Shown piece by piece: positions 48,301 through 53,358 of a stretch of DNA of 62,946 nt. Both the position numbers and the translations under genes were made by a program. The DNA comes from Caldisericia bacterium (lineage in GTDB: Bacteria; Caldisericota; Caldisericia; UBA6126). Numbering within the stretch: the stretch's first letter is position 1; the number at the start of each line of letters is the position of its first letter. Below the pieces are notes generated by a model. That model did no database searches, was not told where the DNA came from, and saw only the letters and a list, made by a program, of their open reading frames with translations. The DNA lies in the NCBI GenBank assembly GCA_023146045.1, contig JAGLCW010000201.1, positions 1-62,946 on the forward strand. The letters run 5' to 3'.

Positions 48301-50160
48301 AATTTCATATGTTTCAGATTCGGATTCTAAAGTTTCAGAACTTGTCCAAACAATTCCTTTGTAAGATCCGGCAATTGGGTTAATTAATCCCGCTGAATCC
48401 TTAAAAGTAATTTTTACAGTACTCCCAGCTCTTAAATCTTCTGGTGGATAAACAGTTAAATCAAATGTATTTCCAGAAACTAAAGCAACTTCAGTTGGTG
48501 TTTTTGTAAATTTTCCTGTACTAAAAAACACAGAGCCATTTGATATTGTTGATCCATCGAAAGTGACTGGATTGTTACCAAGATCAAGCTGGATTGTTAT
48601 TTTTCCACTATCTTTGTATAGTGCTCCACTTTGGCCTAGTTTAAAATCAATAACATACTGAACATTTTCAGAACCATCGGTGCTAGGTGAAGGTGTAACC
48701 TTTACGTCGCTTACACCTGTTCCAATAGAAAATGATGGTGATGATCTGTAGTGTGGTTGAGCAGATGTCATTGCCTGAACTACATAAGCCCCAGCAGTAG
48801 TTGGAGTTTTTAAATTTAGATTCTTCGTTAAAGTAACACGTATTGGTGAATTTGCAGGCATATCGGTAGGAACTGTTATAACAACATACGAAGAATTAAA
48901 TGTCGGAGCTATTGTTAAAACAGTTGGAATCCATGTGATGCCACCATCAATAGAATGTTCAAATGTTACTGCTGTTATTGGTGGATTACGTACTCCACTC
49001 ATGCTCATAGGCATAGCAAAAGTAATTGTGCCAACTCCCACAGACAAAGGTATATCGTTGATAATCCCCATCTGGAAAGAAGCAACAGTACTAGTAGTAG
49101 GTGGATCAATTATAACACCTTGTACTCCGCTCGTAACAGCATCAAGATCATAGAATGATACTGCATCGTTAACTGCTATTACTTCTGATGTAATATTTAT
49201 TGTTTCTCTACTTGTTGTAAGGCCAATTTTATAATCATCAGTTACAGGATTTTTCATACCAACCTGGTTTGTTAGTACTATTGTAACTTCTCTGTTTGCA
49301 GCAATATCACTTAATGTATTTGGAATAATAAATGTTATTGTCTGTAAAGTTTGATTTGGTGCCACTCCAGCAAGAGTTGCTGCTGCAGAACTTTTTAAAA
49401 CTTTATTGTCGATTTGAATGTAAGTAGCAGGAATATAATAACCACCAGAACCATTGTCAAAACAACCTTCTGGTTTAGGAAAATCATGGTCATTTCCAGT
49501 AAAATCTAAGGTAAAAGTATCTGAACCAGCTGTTAGTTTACCTTGATTTCCTGTTTTCCATTTTACAGACCATGTAACAAATTCCTTGATATTTTCTACT
49601 CCGGTAACATCATAATTTGGATCAATGTTTGGCTGTATGGTTACTTTGGCTCTATATCCAATATAGTAGTATGATGAATATTCGTCATAGTTTTCAATTG
49701 CTGTTGTTCCATTTGGTCCTTCAAATGTACCAACTTGCAACTGGTATTTTCCACTTTGTGAAGTAGGATTTTTCACTCCAGCATCTATTGAAAACACAAC
49801 AACTACTGTAGAGCCAGAGGCAATATCTGCCGGACTCACAATTGAAGCAATTGTTCCAGAAGTAGTTGGATTTACTGTTGGATTAGCACCGTCTACGGTT
49901 ACATCGGTTTTGTCAATTGTTGAATTAACAAAAGAAGTCCCGGATGGAAATTTTACCTTAATAAAATCACCTGTGTCCAGATCACTTTCTAAGTCGAATG
50001 TAACTGTGTATTCAGATACTTCTCCGGTTGCTACATCATTTGTACCAGCTTCATTGGTTACAGCAACAGTAATGCTTGTTGTAGCGAATGAAGGCATATA
50101 TAATGCAAATTGCGAAAGAATAAGGGTAAAAGCAACAATAAATGCTATTCCTTTTTTCAT
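39322..50160 (-). CDS. Giant secreted tandem-module surface protein B (3612 aa)
   Basis: ATG at 50160 after AAAGGAGGAAC. Signal peptide MKKGIAFIVAFTLILSQFALYMPSFA. Order: about 17 modules, 2 Big_2-like domains, a PGPGP linker, 2 variant modules, 3 modules, then the common C-terminal cassette. Only 45 nt separate it from gene A. Confidence 0.88.
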   Translation of the reverse strand: MKKGIAFIVAFTLILSQFALYMPSFATTSITVAVTNEAGTNDVATGEVSEYTVTFDLESDLDTGDFIKVKFPSGTSFVNSTIDKTDVTVDGANPTVNPTTSGTIASIVSPADIASGSTVVVVFSIDAGVKNPTSQSGKYQLQVGTFEGPNGTTAIENYDEYSSYYYIGYRAKVTIQPNIDPNYDVTGVENIKEFVTWSVKWKTGNQGKLTAGSDTFTLDFTGNDHDFPKPEGCFDNGSGGYYIPATYIQIDNKVLKSSAAATLAGVAPNQTLQTITFIIPNTLSDIAANREVTIVLTNQVGMKNPVTDDYKIGLTTSRETINITSEVIAVNDAVSFYDLDAVTSGVQGVIIDPPTTSTVASFQMGIINDIPLSVGVGTITFAMPMSMSGVRNPPITAVTFEHSIDGGITWIPTVLTIAPTFNSSYVVITVPTDMPANSPIRVTLTKNLNLKTPTTAGAYVVQAMTSAQPHYRSSPSFSIGTGVSDVKVTPSPSTDGSENVQYVIDFKLGQSGALYKDSGKITIQLDLGNNPVTFDGSTISNGSVFFSTGKFTKTPTEVALVSGNTFDLTVYPPEDLRAGSTVKITFKDSAGLINPIAGSYKGIVWTSSETLESESETYEIQDAIDVNAVTVDPKAAGEEAEYTINVTVDDALTKNIDTISVALPSGQRLPSTLSPGDISVDGVDVVLTPTIRSSVVTFSVPSNIPAGSTFDIILKKSGKIVNPTNAGVYKLQVNTSKQIAYRLSPPYNIGSSVTDIEITPMPDTADSENVHYGVKFKVGKNGALTANSTDKIFIELDLGALPAPAAASVTIDGKTCIVNPIITDLTGGRYLFELSPPEDIRASGSVTVLFTASAGLKNPTDGNYRATVYTNKEPIEMQSPIYLIKNAVVVNSVDVQPPATSVQAEYTVNITIAKKLTKDIDTITIAFPRETRLERSINKGSISIENNGIVKDLTLPPTISSTTITFPVPETYDPNVPGADPVLIIVFKESAKVKNPTSAGVYSLQVKTSSQPYYRVSPNYAIGTSVKDFTITPSPRSKDATDAQYTYKFKIGNDGGLAKNTDAVHILQKVITGTPVPVILPTSSVMVGNNYTQVATTIVASTDPNYPAIDGWVEISIYTPEDLRSSASVTMVILPSAGLINPDAGNYKGVIWTDQEPIQVESEYYQIEDTITFNAPIVVDPPSIGMQAEYTIDLGLDLGLQANQGTITLAFPSGTKLGRTIPTTGITIQIGVGPEVNLNVSPVVSGTKIAITVPVTIPNSSDITIRFKKNANVINPTTSGLYKIQAMTSTQPFYAESDFYAIGSSITDLVVYPMPNNIGGDRVVYLVNMKIGVNELIANEDKIFVSLPLNSPAVGGALQPSTIKVNGAFTTLSTPYIVHPIYGAPYIQFQITTPIDIKSKSELEIIFLESCALTNPLTEGIKFAYAHTSQEDIDIKSELYNIVDSVAFPGINPPIDMRSVIVKSNGVSLNAQYIVHFVTSATKPPLTQNLDRISFVFPHGTKIPSSISSGSVYISTAPFWGVGDPDAVTCPPVVGINLNQPVTIIGQEISFPTPISILPGSNVYVMFCKDANITNPQEAGIYSLLVKTSTQPNYGISRNYIIRSTVKPSEVVPVPPVINQFAEYTVQFRLGSDGALVGMSDRIYIGFDGTQYTTPVANLAPASVKINGQYCNVFSIVNSGPILPPNVDNEPGWALYRWIEIQTPISVEAEEMVTVEFLLSANISNPAIPNNYKLITWTNKEPIAIESMEFTIGDAVQNLTVPITHPNPKTTATFAEYLLEFDLGAIPSAQLYANTSSISVEFPEGTKVPTYLNPADIKIGTGAICNPTFSAMPPINIDGNTVSFRVPINVPNGNHVCVKFEKGAQIVNPQEPGSYQLKLKTSSQPIYAQSNYYSILSTSSIPRVIAEPAAINARNTAYEVKFTTGINGNMLEDIGEIVVFFDPSYIGDYTVGFDPNPSQYPQMTTSIPPNSIFVNGIALDSIPTVVNAGGDLKYIKIITPVGISSESEVIVSFTNIAGIKNPPTVGLYRLAVLTSVEPTPVESTAFSLFSSVGDITVELVKNGFVEPLFQPAPEPRGATPNAEVEYRINFDTGPSGNLVKDIGTITIKFPVDTTLPQSILAGSVRLKVTDIFAIVTFDGTLAQAPVINQETNEVVVTVPADVNALDTLDLKFTELTGIKNPSQSGTYTLEVSTSSEPLLIRSDPYSILGLSAAVVLVTPCLQDLTGAKYTISFTNVNALAIGDTIDIEFPYGTRLPSVIDGDKVLVNNHPANVGVFPQIIVNKQKVYIRVPQAVQALSTVRVEFLEKAKVQNPSSGMFSLKIKAGAIEPDNRWVESEDYFICGDFHLTKVVMDPEVLVLDKNQRKTMTVTSYDEDGNIIPPAGLQYYWTVSGNAGSLSAIDKNEAIFTAAQIAGSGSINCSVTFGNTTLTVSTQVSVASGIGRVVLTPTIASVGIGESQVFKAEVWDENNNPIAASIEWFLEGDSTGTLSPKTGQITTFNAQTEGTSKVRVIATYGTKILEATAVVTVSEDPDPGPGPSDKAPIQATITPNRVNVNQGDISFNMTFTSIADITNGLVEVTIPSGFPEPMTTPGGQGFITAIAGSGVTISNPPAIEGNRIIFNVMKMPNRRTFTLSYSKVSAPSTPGEYIFDVSGKKNPESSLAKVETQPKILVVSAADGSGRATINPNQASAGATSQKFEISLTADAVLNGGAVQFIIPQGWSRPSSSSTAEGYVHLKTDSLEFGNSPEVLGNIVTVPIMNMGVNDKLTIIYENVRIPAQPNVYTFVVKTQGLGGNFVEIPASPSVKVSNTRISEGKVEVIPNQTSMPAEYIISFRTSGTGSLTKDKGTIVMLFPGATILPSSIQSSKITVNGEPVHLPPDVEAVRSKLTITIPVDVSSNTLVIIKISAEADIVNPAKAADDYKIMLTTSSDTIQTQTDPYEIIVSELRNIKVTVSPIQPAAIAEYKIELQVGGAGALNVNQDSVTITFPSDTEIPSSIPANAVTINSVPLMTRPQIDLAQRKIIMALPVRIENDSKVIIEIKSQAKIKNPTRDGMYKLTVFTSKETIKTESESYQIGTSLLGDVKVSLSSSLTEAEKVTYTIQFRTGGYGRIEVGETVTASFDSRYDIGSVQAHHVTMNGVVCSITPEVSEGVSIIIKSPIAIDSDSNATVTISNIQNPKESGEYTISIATKAEPMPVVSTPYTIGMILHTEITINPSAPNGLSSWYKLAPNILFNNDVATARVFYSWDDETFQRYMGIAITAPEGIHTVTYYSVAEGFSDEPKQDMSFKVDTKAPEVHIMEPRDGAVVNEPQIKVEGEVYENNNFTVTVNGRPATITEKRFTSLVSLNPGDNLIDIVAIDDAGNRSITPRIRVKYVQPSDIKFNITSPQSLSSVLPVLVKTEKGNQLTATVQIQGKITPATSNTVSIIIIDRMDTPVTLPINEDGVFSGTVKMPVIAGLNGVVFSVKDKITKKEYSTSVAIVAKVAIELQIGNSLAFINKQENILDAPPYIKEGRTMLPMRFVGEAIGATVGWIPQGKILTYDFDTIHIELSIGSKEASISRGEKEEKVSLEVAPEIKNGRTFVPLRFVTEALGAEVEWVAETKTIVVTK
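39325..40530 (-). other. Common C-terminal cassette of protein B
   Basis: Last 402 aa: SAPNGLSSWYKLAPNILF... ; VNGRPATITEKRFTSLVSLNPGDNLIDIVAIDDAGN ; GRTMLPMRFVGEAIGATVGW ... NGRTFVPLRFVTEALGAEVEW. Confidence 0.7.
42575..43125 (-). other. Two tandem Big_2-like bacterial Ig domains in protein B
   Basis: VVMDPEVLVLDKNQRKTMTVTSYDEDGNIIPPAGLQYYWTVSGNAGSL... and VVLTPTIASVGIGESQVFKAEVWDENNNPIAASIEWFLEGD... Boundaries are approximate. Confidence 0.6.
44008..49128 (-). repeat. Protein-level alternating two-type (Y/Z) module array in protein B, about 6.5 di-module units (aa ~345-2051)
   Basis: Y modules end TSxQPxYxxSxxYxIGSS: MTSAQPHYRSSPSFSIGTG, NTSKQIAYRLSPPYNIGSS, KTSSQPYYRVSPNYAIGTS, MTSTQPFYAESDFYAIGSS, KTSTQPNYGISRNYIIRST, KTSSQPIYAQSNYYSILSTS. 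Z modules end (W/Y)TxxEPIxxESxxYxIxDA(I/V) and carry PEDLR/PEDIR. The two types alternate strictly. Confidence 0.75.
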
Positions 50161-50202
50161 AAGTGTTCCTCCTTTTGCGTAGGAATCGTTTTGATTTGTA
50201 AA

Positions 50203-50230
50203 AAATACGATTCACATAACAAATGGTTCA
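50203..50230 (-). promoter_or_regulatory. Candidate ECF-type promoter TGAACC-N15-CGTATTT upstream of giant gene B
   Basis: Minus strand taTGAACCatttgttatgtgaatCGTATTTtttac, i.e. GAAC-N16-CGTA, the classic ECF -35/-10 arrangement. It lies 42 nt upstream of the ATG at 50160 and immediately after the ATPase stop codon. Confidence 0.45.
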
Positions 50231-50232
50231 TA

Positions 50233-51423
50233 TTACACCATAAAGCCGTATATGGTCTTGTCTAAATCGCTAAAGTATTTCGAAATAATTGAAAACTCAT
50301 CCATTTTTATTTCTCCAGCAATTCGAGACAATCTAGTTAAATCAGTTTTTCTAGGATGCAGAGCAGTATCATATGCAACTATTTTGTTATTCTCTTTGCT
50401 AATAAAACAAATATGGGTTCCACTTTTACGCTCGTAATATTTAATATCACCACGAATTCTTAAATTTTGAAACACGCTATTTTCAAAAAGACAGTCTTCT
50501 GCTGCATGAGCAAAATGCCTTACCAATCCGACATCACAAACGTATATTTTGTTAGATTTTCGGATTTCCATTTTTGAACCTAGATTGTATGGTTTCAATA
50601 ACTTGATGAAATAGGAACCTTCCAAAAATTCGAGATATGAATATGTAGTGGCTCTTGAAATTCCTAATTCTTGAGAAATGTTTTGTACGTCGATTCTTTC
50701 CCCTGCTCTATTCATTAGCAGAAGCATTAGATCTCTAATAACAGAACTCTTTCTGTAGTTACTCATTTGAATAACTTCCAGATTAAAATATGATCTAAAT
50801 ATATCATCTAGTGCAGCGTTTTTTTCTGCAACACTTTGCTTAAGCACAACCTCTGGAAAACCACCAAACATAATGTATTCATCATACAAGGTTGATAGTT
50901 TTTCAAATATTGGGCGAGATACATTGTTTTTTTGAGAAGGTAAATTTATTCCTCTATCAGTAAAAGCAACAAACTCTTTAAATGTTAGAGGAAACAATTC
51001 GAAAACAATTTTTCTTCCGGCTAGTGATTCTTCAAACATTTTTCTTGAATAGTAATTAGTAGAACCAGTTAAGAAAAATTTTGTTTGAAAATGGTCAATA
51101 AAGTATTTGACTATCTTCGGAATATTTTTAAATAACTGTATTTCATCCAAAAATACGTATGAAGGTTCACTAAAGTTTATACCGAGAATTCCTAAAGAAG
51201 CCTGTATTTTATCAAAATTCTCTTCTTCGAAATATTTTCTGTTTAACGGATTTTCAAGATCTAACAGTAGCTTATTCTCAGATTCCGTTTCTTTGTACAA
51301 ATATCTTAAAAGAGTGGTTTTCCCGGTCCTCCTCATACCTGTGATAATAACTGCCTCTTTCGACTCGCGGTAAGGTTCAATTTTCTTTAAAATGTCCCGT
51401 TCCTTAAATCGATCTATTCGCAT
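50233..51423 (-). CDS. AAA-family ATPase with DUF4143-like C-terminal domain
   Basis: 396 aa. Walker A GMRRTGKTTLL, Walker B VFLDEIQ. The C-terminal half is typical of the AAA_14/DUF4143 stand-alone ATPases, with a winged-helix-like ISQELGISRATTYSYLEFLE. Confidence 0.85.
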   Translation of the reverse strand: MRIDRFKERDILKKIEPYRESKEAVIITGMRRTGKTTLLRYLYKETESENKLLLDLENPLNRKYFEEENFDKIQASLGILGINFSEPSYVFLDEIQLFKNIPKIVKYFIDHFQTKFFLTGSTNYYSRKMFEESLAGRKIVFELFPLTFKEFVAFTDRGINLPSQKNNVSRPIFEKLSTLYDEYIMFGGFPEVVLKQSVAEKNAALDDIFRSYFNLEVIQMSNYRKSSVIRDLMLLLMNRAGERIDVQNISQELGISRATTYSYLEFLEGSYFIKLLKPYNLGSKMEIRKSNKIYVCDVGLVRHFAHAAEDCLFENSVFQNLRIRGDIKYYERKSGTHICFISKENNKIVAYDTALHPRKTDLTRLSRIAGEIKMDEFSIISKYFSDLDKTIYGFMV

Positions 51424-51429
51424 ATCCTT

Positions 51430-51458
51430 AATTTACATAAAGTTTGACTATGTGTCAA
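51430..51458 (-). promoter_or_regulatory. Candidate sigma-70 promoter of the ATPase gene, abutting its ATG
   Basis: Minus strand TTGACA-N17-TAAATT. The -10 hexamer ends 6 nt before the ATG at 51423. Confidence 0.45.
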
Positions 51459-51525
51459 CAGTAATTAGAAAAATATCGACAAATATTTTACTTTTTGTAA
51501 AAAAGCATTTCAAAAAAGACTATTT

Positions 51526-53358
51526 TTATTCAGCGGTTCTTGGAGTTTTTACCCATGTTGTCGGACTTTTGCCTGCTATTTTCAATATAATTGCCCAAGT
51601 ATATGGAAGTGGTAATAAAAAAACAAATAAACACGAGAGAACAAGTTTGATACATTCCAGATATGGAATTGAATCTAACGAAAGAAAATTCTTGTCAAAC
51701 GTGAATTGATAGTGGTAAAAGCAATAAAATGAAAAAAATACGTATGGAACATTTAAACATAAAAGCACTATTTGTAATATTGGGTTGACAGAAAAGGCAG
51801 TTTGCGAAATTAGTCCAACTTTTGAAAGTACCCACCCAATATTCATTACAACAACTATAAGCCCAGAAAATTGGTACAGCATCCACTCAAAGGGTCCTTT
51901 CCAAAACAATTGGTAAAATAAATGTTTGTCGATTTTTCTTACTTGACTCATAACTTCCAAGTGCCCCGAAGCCCAACGCAATCTTTGTTTAAAAAATTGA
52001 CTCCAGAATGGAGGAGTTTGTTCAGTTGATATAACTGGTAAAAATGAAACACCAATATTTTCTTTCAAATATGCTCTTATACCGAGATCTAAATCTTCAG
52101 TCAAAGCAGTTGGATTAAATCCATTGATTTTGTGTAAAAGAGATTTCCTTACAAAAAGATTTGTTCCACCAACAAATGGAAGTTTTTTAAAAATTAATGG
52201 GAGATACCATTCGTGCGAAACTGCCTTAAATAGCCCGCCAATTCTTGAAATTAGTCCTAGTGTATAGTAATTCCTAACTTGATATAAAGGTCCTTGTAAA
52301 ATATTCATTTTTTCGCCTTTTTCCAAGTAAGAGTATGCTACATGGAGAAGCACAGACGAATCTGGCTGACTCTCTGCATCATAAAAGCCAAGAATAGAAC
52401 TTTTTTCAGATACTTCATCTAGTGAATAGTTTAAAGCTCTGCCTTTTGTTGATTTTGTTTGTTCTTGAGTGAAAGTTATTGGATATTCCCCTGTATATGT
52501 GGTTGGAACAACCACCACTTTTAACTCAACTCCTTTTTTATAGGCATAACTTTTCATTTCATCAGCAATTGATTTTGTTGTTTGAAAGACATTTTCTAAA
52601 TCTTCTTTTTCGATACTTAAAACATCTTTTACGGAAAACTTTTGTATCCAAGGTAGAATTGTATTCTCAAACCTAGCCATAATTCTTTTTAATACATTTG
52701 AGCTTGCATTCGGGAATTGCTTCCTTAGTGAAACCATTAATACTCTTTTTAATTCTTTTTTTGTCGTAGGAGTTCTTTTTAAAGTATTTTCTACAGACTG
52801 TTTAAGTGCCAGTAAAACATGCTTATCGTTATTGAATGTCAAAATAGATGAAAAATCAATGTAAAGTTCGTTATAGAAAGAACCCAGCATAAATGTTTTT
52901 GCTTTTTGTAATAAAATTACTTGTTTAAATAGTACTGATGTTTTTTTTTGAAAACTAAGCTGTCTATTAGGATGGAGTTTGTTCACTATAGAGTAATCTT
53001 TCCAGCGTTGAATTTCAGACCATACTTTTTTTACATTATCTTCCTTTTCGTACAATTCTCTCTCATCTGTTACTACAAGAATCTCAAATGAACCTGGAAA
53101 GTAGTCAAGTTTCAAGGCGTTGTCAATTGTTTGTCTTATCACTGTAGATTCATCTTTCGCTGGAATTAAAAGCGAAATATATGGGATTTCTTTTTCTTTA
53201 AACGAAGATATCATTTTTAAATCTTTTTTTGTTACAGGAGCAACATTACCCCAATAGTATTTTTTACTTTTATACTTCCAGTAAATCAGTCGCACAAATA
53301 GATAGAGTGTTAATCCATAACAAATCAATGCTAGTGAATAGAGTAAGTTAAGTTTCAT
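51526..53358 (-). CDS. Membrane-embedded family-2 glycosyltransferase (processive type; D, D, TED, QxxRW)
   Basis: Motifs ISLLIPAKDES, VVTDERE, KGRALNYSL, FYDAESQPD, TEDLDLG, QRLRWASGH. One N-terminal TM and at least four C-terminal TMs. Preferred start is ATG at 53358, 4 nt after GGAG; the ORF track starts at 53379. It overlaps the end of gene C. Confidence 0.85.
   Translation of the reverse strand: MKLNLLYSLALICYGLTLYLFVRLIYWKYKSKKYYWGNVAPVTKKDLKMISSFKEKEIPYISLLIPAKDESTVIRQTIDNALKLDYFPGSFEILVVTDERELYEKEDNVKKVWSEIQRWKDYSIVNKLHPNRQLSFQKKTSVLFKQVILLQKAKTFMLGSFYNELYIDFSSILTFNNDKHVLLALKQSVENTLKRTPTTKKELKRVLMVSLRKQFPNASSNVLKRIMARFENTILPWIQKFSVKDVLSIEKEDLENVFQTTKSIADEMKSYAYKKGVELKVVVVPTTYTGEYPITFTQEQTKSTKGRALNYSLDEVSEKSSILGFYDAESQPDSSVLLHVAYSYLEKGEKMNILQGPLYQVRNYYTLGLISRIGGLFKAVSHEWYLPLIFKKLPFVGGTNLFVRKSLLHKINGFNPTALTEDLDLGIRAYLKENIGVSFLPVISTEQTPPFWSQFFKQRLRWASGHLEVMSQVRKIDKHLFYQLFWKGPFEWMLYQFSGLIVVVMNIGWVLSKVGLISQTAFSVNPILQIVLLCLNVPYVFFSFYCFYHYQFTFDKNFLSLDSIPYLECIKLVLSCLFVFLLPLPYTWAIILKIAGKSPTTWVKTPRTAE

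Noticed and set aside
31868-49158. About twenty plus-strand ORFs of 60-145 aa inside the giant genes (e.g. 31868..32257, 37475..37822, 42296..42619, 43886..44287, 47198..47476)
   Set aside because: All are antisense to long, clearly coding minus-strand frames. They have low-complexity or hydrophobic composition, no RBS and no recognisable motifs. They are typical shadow ORFs of Thr/Val/Ile/Asn-rich genes.
50183-50213. Inverted repeat GAATCGT-N17-ACGATTC as the terminator of the ATPase gene
   Set aside because: It has a 7-bp AT-rich stem, a 17-nt loop and no following U-tract. I kept it only as a possible operator overlapping the candidate promoter.
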